This document shows, in pieces, positions 1-13,160 of a DNA stretch of 64,000 bases (the stretch's first letter is position 1; the number at the start of each line of letters is the position of its first letter). This DNA is from Camelus dromedarius (Eukaryota): positions 69,814,001 through 69,878,000 of the forward strand of contig NC_087437.1 in NCBI RefSeq assembly GCF_036321535.1. The letters run 5' to 3'. The position numbers and the translations under genes are program-made. The notes beneath the pieces were generated by a model. The model was not told the DNA's origin. It did not search any database and saw only the letters and a list, made by a program, of their open reading frames with translations.

Positions 1-113
1 CCAAACTTGAGAGGCATGATTCTATAATGCAAGAATCAAGGCTGCTAAACAGTAATGTCTCAAAAGGCAAGAACTTCTCTGCTATGGACTCTACTTAAGA
101 ACAGGATGATCTT

Positions 114-1801
114 ACATATTTCACAGAATGAGAACAAATCATAATAAAATTTATATGGAACCACAAAAGACCTAGAATTGCCAAAGCATTACTGAAGAAA
201 AAGAAAGAGGCTGGAGGAATAACTCTCCCAGACTTTAGACAATACTATAGAGCTACAGTAATCAAAATAGTATGGTATTGGTACAAAGACAGACATGTGG
301 ACCAATGGAACAGAATAGAGAGCCCAGAAATGAACCCAAAAACTTTTGGTCAACTAACCTTTGACAATGGAGGCAAGAATATACAATGGAATAAAGACAG
401 TCTCTTCAGCAAATGATGTTGGGAAACCTGGACAGCAGCATGTAAATCAATGAAGCTAGAACACTCCCTTACACCATACATGAAAATAAACTCAAAATGG
501 GTCAAAGACTTAAACATAAGACAAGATACAATAAACCTCCTAGAAGAAAACATAGGCAAAACATCATCTCACATACATCTCAAAAATGCTCTCCTAGGGC
601 AGTCTACCCAAGCAATAGAAATAAAAGCAAGAATAAACAAATGGGACCTAATTAAACTTACACGTTTCTGCACAGCAAAGGAAACCATAAGCAAAATAAA
701 ACAACAACATACAGAATGGGAGAAAATTTTTGCAAAAGATGAAACTGACAAAGGCTTGATCTCCAGAATATATATAAGCAGACTTAATAAGAAAAAAACA
801 AACAACCCAATCCCAAAATGGGCAGAAGACCTAAACAAGCAATTCTCCAAGGAAGAAATACAAATGATCAATAGGCACATGAAAAAATGCTCAATATCAC
901 TAATTATCAGAGAAATGCAAATCAAAACTACAATGAGGTATCTATCACCTCACACCAGTCAGAATGGCCATCATTCAAAAGTCCACAAATGACAAATGCT
1001 GGAGAGGCTGTGGAGAAAAGGGAACCCTCCTATACTGCTGGTGGGAATGCAGTTTGGTGCAGCCACTGTGGAAAACAGTAGGGAGATTTCTCAGAAGACT
1101 AGGCGTAGACTTACCATATGACCCAGGAATCCTGGTCCTGGGCATATATCCAGAAGGAACCCTACTTCAAAAATACACCTGCACCCCAATGTTCATAGCA
1201 GCACTATTTACAATAGCCAAGACATGGAAACAGCCTAAATGTCCATTTAAAGATGACTGGATAAAGAAGATGTGGTATATTTATACAGTGGAATACTATT
1301 CAGCCATAAAAAACAACATAACACCATTTGCAGCAACATGGATGTCCTTGGAGAACGTCATTCTAAATGAAGTAAGCCAGAAAGAGAAAGAAAAATACCA
1401 TATGAGATTCACTCATATGTGGAATCTAAAAAAAAAAAAAAAGAAAAGAACATAAATATAAAACAGAAACAGACTCATAGAATATAAACTTGTGGTTGCC
1501 AAGAGGGAGGGGGATGGGAAGGGACAGACTGGGAGTTCAAATTTGTAGATACTGACAGGCATAAGTAGAATAGATAAACAAGATTATACTGTATAGCACA
1601 GGGAAATATATACAAGATCTTGTGGTAGCTCACAGTGAAAAAAATGCCACAATGAATATATGTATGTTCATGTATAACTGAAAAATTGTGCTCTACACTG
1701 GAAATTGACACAACATTGTATAATCACTATAACTCAATAAAAAATGTTAAAAAATAAATAAAATAAAACAAATATCTATATTTAAAGGCAAAAAAAAAAA
1801 A
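114..1801 (+). mobile_element. 5'-truncated LINE-1: disabled ORF2 C-terminal part, 3' UTR and poly(A); antisense to GAP43
   Basis: ORF2-like peptides ([56 protein letters not shown]). In-frame TGA stops at 129 and 414 and a frameshift near 940. 17-bp TSD aagaacaggatgatctt at 97..113 and 1802..1818, with a TT/AAGA endonuclease-type site. Confidence 0.96.
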
Positions 1802-3689
1802 AAGAACAGGATGATCTTCTCTATTTCATATCTAAAGAATAGCAGTCAGTTGATTTCAAGGGAAACAACCTCATCCTTGGGCTTAGCTCCATTTGATTCC
1901 CTACAAGTTTTTAGGAAAAGTACATTTACTATATACTGAATGCGCCAGAACCTCCTGCTTGCAAATGTGCAGTAAATCTTGTGTCCAGTAGGCAACTTAC
2001 AGAGGGGATGACAATTCTCCAAGCTAAAGACAGTATATCCAATTTTTTTAATTCCCTGATTCAGTATCAATTATTGAATTCAAAACTTGAAAGAAACCTA
2101 TGAATTCTTGTCCCTTAACCTTAAGGAAAATGATCAGATACAGTGAGACTTTTCAGCTTTATTATGAGAAAGACCTTTACATTTCCAGGAAGGCTTGCAT
2201 TCATGTTGACAGGGCATATTTAGGGGGAGAAAATCCCTACGGCCCTGAGGAAGCCTGCTCTGATGGGATTATTCTTTCTGCCTATCTACAATACTCTCTT
2301 ATTTCTGGGACTTCTCAAGCAGGGAATTCCAGCAAATTTTGAAAAATAAAGAGTTAAAGATGGAGTAGGAAGTGGCTGCTTTCTAAAAAAAAAAAAAAAA
2401 TCAGGCAAAAAATGCCATACTTCTTTCAGAATCTTGATCAAACATAACTGAAGTTAGCATTATTCCCCCTAAAGATTATCTATAATTCCTCCTCCTGCAT
2501 TTTGGAGGAAGTTAATAATTTTCCAAAAATCAAACCGCATGTATTTGATGTTAATTATTTAGGTCCATACTTAGGAGGTGAGGAAATATCTAACAGGCTA
2601 ACAGCATTTGTTGGTCATTTTTCATGGAATCTGCTCTCTTAGCTATTCTTTCTTGAAGTTTTTCACACTTACTGAAACAGGCTGCTTAGATATTGTATCT
2701 GCCATTTCAAAAGATTGCATTTCCTTAGGTATTTCTGTTATACTCATTGTTTTCTACAATGGGACATCCTCGATCTTATCTAGTGATCAGTTACAAAAGT
2801 ATAGTAATTTGTGTCTGTTAGACCTTGAGAAAGTTTGTGAACTATTTTCCAGGTTATATTGGTTTTCACTTAAAAATTCAACTAATGACTTGTAATGTTT
2901 TAACATACATTAAATCAACATATTAATATGTCTTATTACAAAGTTTGTATTTTCAACATTTGTGTTTGAAAGCAAGAACAGACCTAGATTTGCCCAGTCT
3001 CAAGATCTGATATTTGATTAAGTGATTTGATTCCACAATTAAAATACAGAAACCCAAACTGGAAATAATTCTAACTCTGAAAGGGTCACTCCCATAGCGA
3101 CTACAGCTGCCTAAAAAATTTTCCTACTTAGGAATATCTATTGCTTGGGTAACATTTAAATTTTAAAATAAACTACTACATTTATGAGTCATATTCAGCT
3201 CATGCCTTGCCATTTCTCACCATGATATGTTTGGGTAGTACTTGAGATTAGCTAGACAGCTATTTATCTGTGTTGTTTAATTTTCCCTTATGGCTGTATT
3301 TACATAGCACAAAGAAAACTACAGACTTGGCAGTTGTCTTGCTAATTTTATCAAAGAAAAAGGATTAAACCACATAATTCAGGACAAAAATACAAAATCT
3401 GTATATATTGTCATAGAGTGAGCTTATAATTATTTGTAAAATTACAGAATAATGAAAGCTAAAGAAGATGTTAGAGATTATCTGATCTCAGCCCCTCACT
3501 CCCTCTGAAAAAAACTGAATATAGAGAGTTCTGTGACTTGCCCAAAGTCTCACAGCTAATTAGAATTCAGTGACCCTCCCATAATACCATAATGCCACTC
3601 GCAACCTTTGGAGATGATGAATTCTACTGCTTGATTTTAACTTGCATTTCTCCCCAGTAGTCCTAAATGCACTGTGTAAATCTATTCAT

Positions 3690-3780
3690 TCTCCCTTCCC
3701 TTTCTCCCTCCCTCCTTCTCTTCCTCACTCCCTTCCTTCCTTCCCTCTCTCCCTCCCCCTTCCCTCTCTCCCCCACCACT
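3690..3780. repeat. CT-rich low-complexity polypyrimidine tract
   Basis: Almost pure C/T run (ctcccttccctttctccctccctcc...). Confidence 0.8.
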
Positions 3781-5387
3781 CTTCATCAATGCTTCCATTC
3801 CTTTTCTACTTTGTGAAATAAAAGGTAAACTCAATATAATTTTCCTTTAAGGTCTACTAGAAGTAATTTCAAGTTCTCTGGAGGCTTGCAGAACCAGGAT
3901 TGAGGATTACTGTTGTATCAAACTTCAACACATTATGCGCAGAGGTATGTTCTGAGAAGTGGGTATTCTATGCAAAGAGAGGGAAAAATGAGGACCTCTA
4001 AAACGAGTGGCTTAGGCTTAATAGTTATTACTGACTATGGTAGGTTACATAAACTAAATGACTAAACAGTTACTGGATAACGAAAATCCAGAAGTAGCTT
4101 AAATGGCTACAAATGCTGTCATCCTTAGGAATCCGTAAGAGATCAGTACTATGTCCTGAGGAGAGGAAATAAAAGTGCATGTCACTCCGCCATCTACAGC
4201 CCCTCCCCTTCCCAATGAAAGCAGAGTGTTAAAAAGCCATCTGAGGTTTAACTCCATTTTGAAATTAATTCAAAAGTATTATTGCAACAAGAAAGCCACA
4301 TAAAAGGTGTTTGTGTTATATGCTTGCTTGCGGGTAAACAGAAGCAATCCCTGTCTCTCACCGGGACAATTCATTTTGTACTCATTGTGTGTTTTGGCTT
4401 CCTGGGGCCTGTCCAATTATGGCACTGCCTTCGAGTGAAAAATTGCTTTAAGAATCAATAGCATTTACTGGAACACAACCAGAACTATATTGAAAAAGTA
4501 ATATTCATATTTGTACTGATTTCTCTCTTTTTAGTCAAAGATCTCAAAGCTTTTTACTTACATTTAGTGGCAAAAAAAAAAATGTAATATCCTCAGCTAT
4601 TTTGGGACATTGGGACAATAAGAAGTTAAAAAATAAAGATTCATGGTGAGTCTGTAGCTCACCTGAGACAGAACTGTGGAATCATGTATGTTCTGTCCAT
4701 CATCTCCTGCTGCCATTTGAACAATCACCCTGCAGAAGGCTTTCTCTCTTTTCTCCACCCAGTGTTTTTTCTCTAATAAAGCCATTTTCTGAGACACGCC
4801 TTATGTCTAGAATCTACCTCCTACTGTCTTCCTTCTTTCAAAATCCTATTTATTTGAAACTAATGAGACTATATACAGAAACCTGAGCATTGAAAGGGGC
4901 TCTGGAGACCCACCCGCAACAACTCGTCCAGTGGAGGAATCTCCCAGCATCCTCCTAGCAGGTGGACAGCTCTACTTCTACAGGCCCCTCCGGCTCTACT
5001 TGTAAATTATTCCTGATATTCAGCTAAAATCTACCTCCCTTAAGCTTTTATGGAGTTCCTTCTTCTAGAATAACAACAGAACAAAATATATCCTCAATAT
5101 GTTTTCTTTGGTACAAGACAGTTCAAAAATGCAAAGCTAACAGCAAAGCTTAACAAAGCTGTTCTTTCTCCCTTCCATCAACAAACTTCATGAAAGAATA
5201 AGCTGTAATTATGCCATCTTTCCCTCATCTCACCTCCCTTAGTTCTCTAAGAGGTGACTTTAACCTACCATTTTTCTAACAGTGCTGTCCTCAAATTCAC
5301 CCCCCCCCAAAAAAAAAAAAATATACACCAAATCTTAAGGCCTTTTCTCATTTACCATTGCTCTTCATCTTTTTCTGACTACTTCTT

Positions 5388-5936
5388 TGGACATGTTGAG
5401 CTTTATGCTCCAGAGAACAGTGGCAGTGAAGAAATTCCCCCAACCTTTTGTTTTCTTAAGTCTCCCCACCCTTTTATGCTCCAGGAAAGGGCTTACTGTA
5501 AAGCAGCCTTCTCCATGTGATCTGCTGTCCACTCTTTCTCGTGACTCCAGAAGACTCATGCGTGACTCCCTTGTTCACCTGTCACAAGGCCAAACACAGA
5601 TCTTTCCTCCTTTGCCTGAACCTACTGACAAAATCAGGCGCAGATCCTTGAATTTTCTATTCTTTGTTTCATGAATGAGTAGCTGAGATTAGAATTGTTT
5701 GTGCCTTTGAAACAAGGTAGACACAGAAATAAACAAGTCTTGTTCAACGTACTGACCAGAATTTCTCTGATTGCAAAATAACCCCAGTTGTAAATCACCC
5801 CAACTGTAACTTGTCTACTCCCCCTATAAAAGTCTAAGAGAAAGCCTCCTGCCAAGATTGTGGGAGCTGGGGTCCCTACTGCGATAGCCTGAATAAAATC
5901 ATCTTCTTCATCGTTGCTGTATTTTTGTTTTTGACA
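5388..5936 (+). mobile_element. Old ERV1-class solo LTR (MER89/MER90/MER110-like)
   Basis: Contains tcccttgttcacctgtcacaaggccaaacacaga, TATAAAA near 5825 and AATAAA near 5892, and ends ...ttttgaca. TG..CA termini are flanked by TCTT at 5384..5387 and 5937..5940. Family recalled, not searched. Confidence 0.6.
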
Positions 5937-7829
5937 TCTTCTTGAAAAGAGTCCCTTTTTCTTACCTTCACTGAAGACTAGGTTCTGGATTTATGTTTGC
6001 TGTTTCCTAGCTTTTCTTTTTCCATTCTGGGTCCAGTTTTTACTCCCTATTCCCTAACATGACACAATCCAAGATTCAATTCTACATTCTCTTTGCAGGC
6101 TCTGCATCAAATAACTCATTCTTTCTAATGGCTTCAACCCTGACCCCATAACCAAGTAACCACATTTATATTATCACTGTCACAATATGAATCCCTATAC
6201 ATCACTGTAAGCATATTACTTTCTTTAACACAGGCTTTAATGATTCCTGGCCTCATACATATCAAATTCGAATTTCGACTGCAAATATTTCTCTACATCC
6301 TTGACTCTACTCCTCCTGGCTCCAAACCTGTATCTCAATGTATACTGGACATCATGCCACCACTATCACTACAAATATAATGAGTTTGGTCTTATCATTC
6401 TTTCAGTGACCCAAGTTTAAAATCTTCTCTCTCCATGTGCACCATCTAAATCTATTCATTCTCCTTTCTCAGCAACACATATTTCTAGTTGAGGCCATGA
6501 AACAGAAAGAACAAATTTTAAAAAGTACTGATAACACTTGATGAAAAATGTGCCAAACCCAAAGGGGACAGTAGCCATCCTACCACAGCCTGGGCATGAA
6601 GCCAGTAAGCAGTGGAAGGAAGAACAGGTGGGTAAGACTAACAGGATACCTGAAGTTCATGGTTAAGGGCAAGAGTCAAACAGAAGGTAAATAGCAGGAC
6701 TAGCCAACAAGCAGTGGAGGCTGGTAGAACACAGTGTCTAGAAAGAGGCCAGTATCGATGGACCATGGACATGTTCTCAGCCTTAATCATGGGACCAAGA
6801 ACAAGATGTCCATTTCTAGGAGAATGGATGAGAATAAGGCAGGGCTTCAGTCTCAGGTAAAGCAGAGTACACATGAGATGCATGAGACAGGGACTTAGGT
6901 AAAGCAATCCAAGCTCAAGTCTAGTTAATAGAACTGCTCCCAAGTGAGAGGCCAACTATTGGTGTTTGGGCATAAGCTGACTTGATGCTGAGTCAACTGT
7001 GTGTAGAGTTCTTTCTTTATAGCCTAGGAATGAGAATGACATTGATTCCAGAACCAGACATAGAACTCAGCCCGAAAGAAAGATGGTAAGTGACCTCATT
7101 GGTGTGGCCTAGAGAGACATACGGTGCACCCAGCTGGCCCTTCAGTGGATGGTGGAGACACTAATGTCTGAACCAGTGTAGTCATCTCTGAACACATCTT
7201 TCTGCTTCCAAAGTGGCCCTCTTGCAAGCTCCTTCTCTGTCATTGATAGCGGTAGCTCTAATAGTTATTGAAAGCCTACAGATGATAACGCAAAAAGGGA
7301 GAGGAGATGGTTGCTGCCCCAACAAATGATCTGACATCACTGAGTCTGAAACAGGGAACATGACTTTCCTTGTGACTTAAATGAAAGTGTACTAAATAAA
7401 AAAAATTTGTCATAGTCTCACTATAACTTTGCTTGGACGTGTGTTGTCTTCTGTCTGTTTGACCCACGTGTCTTTGCCATCACTGCTGACCAAGGTCACA
7501 GAATTCCCAAAGAGTAGTACAGAGGCTTTTAAACTCATCCAAGGACCTGGGCCATCTTGTCGAGATACTGAGACCAAAAACTAGAAAAGACTAGGGACAG
7601 GAAAAACAAATTGGAGTTAATTTTGTTTTCTAGGGTAGATTTTTATGGGAGCTTAGACGGAGTATTGGTGAACTCAGGGAGAACTGTGATAAATGTGGGG
7701 ATGACGTACTGAAAATATTCAGAAAATGTGGGAGAAAATTAATTTTTTACTGAAGCTAATTTGAGTGTAAATTACAATGTAGAAAGAAATTTTATATGGT
7801 AAACTCTAGCAAAAGACTACCTACCCATA

Positions 7830-8285
7830 GTTGAACAGAGCTGGGTTTACTAACAGCAGGAAGAGCACACACCATGGGAACCGCGAGGCACGGCAGTCGG
7901 AGGGGGTTAGAAAGGACCAATTAGCTTAGAAAGGCTTGTGCTAAGGGATGCAGAGGTGGAGTCAAGGAAGCAGAGCTTTAATCTTTACTGGATGCTGTAA
8001 TGAAACAGGTGTCCTTTTATGGCTGGGCATCTCAATAAATATTATCTAGAAGGAAGACAGAGGTAAGCATCACCATTCATATAGCCAGGCTAGGGAAATA
8101 TCTGGCCAACTTGTGGTTTAGACAATGTCCATACTTCGTCTGTGTTCGGATGTGACTATGGCGGTCCTGTGTCTTGAACCATCACACGAAGTCTGACACT
8201 GGTGTTCTACGAAACTGCTTCTGTTAACAGGAGAATACTAAGGCCTATCTCCAAGTGCCAGGCCAGCTCCTGGCTGCGGGAGAAA
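7830..8285 (-). mobile_element. ERVL-class LTR remnant (MER76-like)
   Basis: Motifs gtggtttagacaatgtcc...tctgtgttcgga and aacaggagaatactaaggcc...gtgccaggccagctcctggc resemble my recollection of MER76. Boundaries approximate. Confidence 0.55.
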
Positions 8286-10784
8286 CAGGGGAGAGATTAA
8301 ACTTGCCTTTTCTAGACCTGAGGTGTCACTGTGAAGGCCCTTCCTTGGATATGCCTGTATCCCACTCCAGAGCTCTCCAGCTAGTAATGCGTATGAGCGG
8401 GCGACTCCCCAGAGCGTGGAAAGAGAAATTACACTGATTGCTCAGAGATGGTGAACAGATTCTACCCCAGCCCTGTGTCATCACTGAAGCCATATCCTGA
8501 AAGGCTTTTACTGGCTATTAAAGATGCTTATGGCTCCCAAAGGACTAGTGGCACTGTTTCCTAATCTAAAATATTTTAATTAAATAAAATCCTTCCTAAG
8601 GAGGAAAGAACGTGCCGCATTGGGTCTGTCACTTCAGTTGTTTTCTCACTTCACTGATATGACGGGACAGCAAGTTTGGGTTTCTCACCCTCTCTCTTCC
8701 CCTCCTTCCTTTAATGGCCTGTCAAGAGGAAATTCCATCCTGTGCTGGCATTAGTGCCTGCTGTAAATGCAGCGGAAATGGGAGGAAAGAGGAGGTGGGA
8801 GGAGAGGGTGTGTGTGACAGAAGCTAGATCCGAAGCTCAATTGCAAGGCATCTCTCAGTGTCTAGACACCAGCTGCCGGGTAACCATGGAAACCCACAAC
8901 TTTGGCTGATGGGCTGAGGAGTAACGACTCTCAGGAGATCCTGGTGGGAGCTTGGCGGTGGGGGGTAGAGGAAGGAAGGTTGGGAGTAATGGCAGAGAGT
9001 GTCAGAGTAACACCGGAGTGAACGAGAGAAAACAGAACTCTCTGCGAAGGGGAGCATTAACCTCGTTACCATTTTTCTCATGCACATTCCACACGTGGTG
9101 ACAAGGTACAAATCTGCCATTCCCGGCAGGTGTCGGGACACAGGTTGCTGAAGATGAATAGCTGAGCTGGAATGATTATATTCCCATCAGCCTCCTGCTG
9201 GTGCCAAGGCACTTCCTCAGTCAACCAAAGCTTTCCACAGTAAACACACGCCATCAACAACTGCCCGAGGAAGTCTCGGGAGTGGGAAATTCCAGTCCCC
9301 AAGAATGGCTGCCACCTTCGCAGGCGCCCAGCAATGCAGACTAATCACAGCTCTTCGTACCTGAAGCGTTCGCCCTTCCTGCTGCTCCCCCTTCCCCTTG
9401 TCATCGGCGAGGGTTGGGCTGCGGGTTCAAACAAAGGAGGCTGGTGGTGGGCACAGTGAGTGAGAAATGAAGAGATAGCAGTTCAGGGCCACTTCATCCA
9501 CCATGCAGACTTAGCTGTTTTCATACACAGATGCCTGGCATCAGAGGTTTCCAATCCATAGATTTTAAAGCTTTTCAGTTGCTTGCCATATCCATGGTCC
9601 TTTTCCACCACACATTTCTTTTGGATGGGAATTTTTAAGTAGCACTGGCACCCCAACCCCCCACTCCCCATCACCTAATTTTGTGCCCACTCCCACCCCC
9701 TACCTACATCTGTCCACTCCACTTCCTTGACCAAGTACCACCACACCCAAATACACACCCAGGGACCTCCAGGCCCTTTGGTAGTGCAGAGCAGCCCTTT
9801 CTCACCAAAGTTTGTCTACAACTATGCAAATTAGATTTATTGTGTGTCTCACAGTGTTTTGCCTTTACTCAGGCAATCTTACCCACCACAGCTAGAATCT
9901 AACAGAGGACCTGCTGGTTTTATTGGCATTATCTGGGTCATAAAACTGTTTTCTAATTGTGCAAAGCTAATAGATGGTATGAGAGTTAATCCTTGGACTC
10001 TGAGTGATCAAAACAACAGATACACACACATATATATTCATATATATGCACATGTACTTATTCTGTAATTTTTTATGCAGTGGTTCCTCCAAAGAAATGC
10101 TCCTGTATGAAAAAATGTTCCAATCCTGTTGAGCTACAATCAACATGCAGGCAAATTCAACATACTCAAAAAGGGCGACAAAAAGGTAAATACTGAGTTA
10201 ACTATAATTTGTAAATAGAACATTTTAATCCACCAGAAATTCTTTATTAGACATTAAAGCTTCTATGATCTTGATTTAATGACTTAACTTGGAAGAAAGT
10301 CAGCTCACTCCTAAGCAAAGATGTGTCTGTATCACCTATTTCCAGTCAGGGCAGAATTCCCAGGGGTTTGGAATTGCTAAAATGGTTCTCTTTTAGAAAT
10401 GCATCCTCTGTATGGGGAGATGAAACCACTTTCTTCCCTATGTCTTGTGCTCCATGTAGGGAGTGACTATAAAGCAGGAAGACTAGGACACAGATCTGGT
10501 CCCCTGGTGCCCAGTTACAGTCATTGCTCAGCTGCCAATATCTTCTAATCATTAGGAGGGACGGCATTACATGTGAGAACCACAGGAGTCACCAAGGAAC
10601 TGCAAAGGCGAAGGAAGATGGGGGAATGTCTGTCCGGGTGGCAGAGGGGAAGCTTTTTCAGTGGCAAGGAGGAGAAAACCAACTGAATGTGAGAGTGGCT
10701 TAGGGGCATCTTTGCCACCTAAGTGCTGAGTGGAGACTGACTCAGCTACTCTGCTTGACTAAGCAGGCATCTTCCTTCTCACAC

Positions 10785-12000
10785 ATCTATTGAGTATTCT
10801 GTACCTGTTCTAGTAGCTGGGGATATAGCCGTGCACAAAAGAACAATAAAACAAACAAACAAACAAAAAATACCCTGTTCATGTGTCACGGGACTTAAAA
10901 TATTCTATAAATAAATAGGTAAAATATATAGCATGTTAGGTGGTGGTCAGGAAGGAGACGAGAGAATGAGAGAAAGTCTCGTTGAGGAGGTGATGTGTGA
11001 ACAGGAGCTGAAGAAGGTTAGAGGGTGAACTATATGAGCATTGAAAGGGGAGACGTTTCTAGGCAGAGGGTCAGTAGTACAAGTGCCCTGGACGTGAGCA
11101 CTTGTGGTTGGTGGAGCTGTAGCACAGACAGTATTGCTAGAAGAGAGCAAGAAAGGGAGAAGATGAACTCCAAGTGGGGACCCATGTGTGTGTTAGTCAT
11201 GGAGGGCTTGGTGGCCATTTTAAGAACTTGGCTTTTATTGACATCAGATGAGTGCAAGAGAAAGTGAATTGTGCTCAGATTCTAGATACAGACACTGAAC
11301 ATGGAGCCAACAAGATTTGCTGACAGATTTAATACTGGAAAAGAAAGAAGTCGGTGATAATTCCAAGAGATGTGATCTGAGCCTCAGGAAAAGACAGCCT
11401 TGCCATCTCCTGAGACGAGGAAGAATCAAGAAGGAGCAGGTTTAGGGAGAAAAGACAGGAGTTTTGGTTTCAAAATGTTTAGTCTGAGGTGCCTATTAGA
11501 TACACAAGTTGAGTAAGCTGCTGTCAGGAGTGGGGAAAGAGGTCTGGGCCACAGGTGGAACACGGGTTCACCAGGTGGTAGGCGGTATTGGAAGCCGTGA
11601 CCTGGGAGATATCACCAAAGGACCAGACATAACAGAGAATAGGAAGCCCCAGACTGAGCTGTGGGGACTCCAATAATTAGAAAACAGGAGATGAAGAAGC
11701 AAGGGCAAGGGACACTGGAAGAGAATGGTCAATGTGTCAGGAGAAAAGTCAAGAATAAGTAATAGGCTGGAAGAGCAGTAACTAAAATATTTCAAAGAGT
11801 AGAAAATGATCAACTATGAAATGCTACGGTAAGTCAAAGAAGATGCAGCCACAGAACTGAGTGCTGGATTTTAGCAACGAGGAAGTCATTTGTGACTTTG
11901 GCAAAATTTGTTTCAGCAGAAGGTTGGGAAGGTAGGTGTGACTGCTGTGAATTTAAGAGAGACTAGGAAGACGCAGATTTGACACACTGAATATAGACAG
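10785..12000 (-). mobile_element. LINE-2 fragment (about 1.2 kb)
   Basis: Begins with the reverse complement of the L2 3' end (tattgagtattctgtacctgttctagtagctggggatatagc). Continues with typical L2 motifs (ggaggagcagg-like purine tracts, gtttagtctgaggtgcctattagatac, ggattttagcaacgaggaagtcatttgtgactttggca). Confidence 0.75.
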
Positions 12001-12019
12001 CTCTGGTTAGAAATACAGA

Positions 12020-12210
12020 CTCAGGGCTGGACAACCTGAGTTCACACTGAGAACCCACCATGTCCCAGAGGGGATGCTCTGAGCCTGTTGTATAAGCTCT
12101 CTGCACCTCAATTTCTCCATCTATAGAGTAGAGATAGTACCTACCTCACAGAGGTGTTATGAAGTATGAGATGCCTAAAAAGCTTAGATGATACGCTCAG
12201 TAAGTACGAA
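12020..12210. mobile_element. MIR SINE
   Basis: MIR core: ctctctgcacctcaatttctccatctatagagtagagatagtacctacctcacagagg. Confidence 0.65.
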
Positions 12211-12989
12211 ATAAAACAGCCCTTCTCTTAATCCTTGATAAGACAGGGTCCTTGTGAACAAGTTCTATTGTTGGTTTTGGAGACTAAAAGCATAAAAAAA
12301 ATCGTTTGAGCAGCTATGATGAAAATTCAGCCAACCTGGATTTCCTGTCATAGTGCTTTATGACAGATTTGGATTGAACCACCTCAAGGGAGCATCATAT
12401 TTCATTTTCCATAGTGTAAGGTTCTGGTTTAATAAAAACACAGTCTAGGGATCCAGAGTATTTAATGAGTTTGAAGTTTTCCAAGCACTGATATCCTTTA
12501 ACTCTGAAAGACCCCAAAAGATTTTTTTCTGATCACATGGCACTTCAGTGGTGGTTCACATAAAGTACTTTGAAATATATAAAATTCATAGTGTTCAGGC
12601 ATTGCTCTTTCTCTGCTACAAAAAAAAAAAAATCTGGCATTCTGTCAAACAGACATATTTATCAATGAACATGTTTGCATCACAATAAAAATTGACATCT
12701 GTATAATAGTCCTAAAGCATTTTATGACTATGATTACTATACTTGTAATGTCTGTATTTTATTATATCCCAAACCTTTCCCAATTGGAAATTCAATAATG
12801 ACACAGATGGCAATTATTAATCAAAACATTTGATTAACCAGAATGTTCCATTCTCCAATCACATTGGAGAACACAGAATTTACTATAAACATGCTATTCC
12901 TTTCCTGTCTCGAGGCCATCCAAATTAAATAATAAGAGGAAAATAAAAGAAGTTATATGCAGGGAGCAGAAATGAGACTCCAATGTATT

Positions 12990-13160
12990 CACACTCACTA
13001 GCCATGTGGCCTGAGAGAAGTCCTCTAAGTTCCCTTACTTCAGTAAAAGGGACAATGAAGCTGCTCATCATTGGGTTATTATGAGGCTTAAACAAGAAAC
13101 CCTACGTAGAGCATTTAGCAGAGAGCCTGGCACAAGACAAGTAAATGGTGTTTATATTGT
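12990..13160. mobile_element. MIR SINE
   Basis: ctcactagccatgtggcctgagagaagtc...gggttattatgaggcttaaac...agagcatttagcagagagcctggcaca. Confidence 0.6.

Noticed and set aside
450..1455. 180-aa and 163-aa ORFs as host genes
   Set aside because: They are frameshifted pieces of L1 ORF2.
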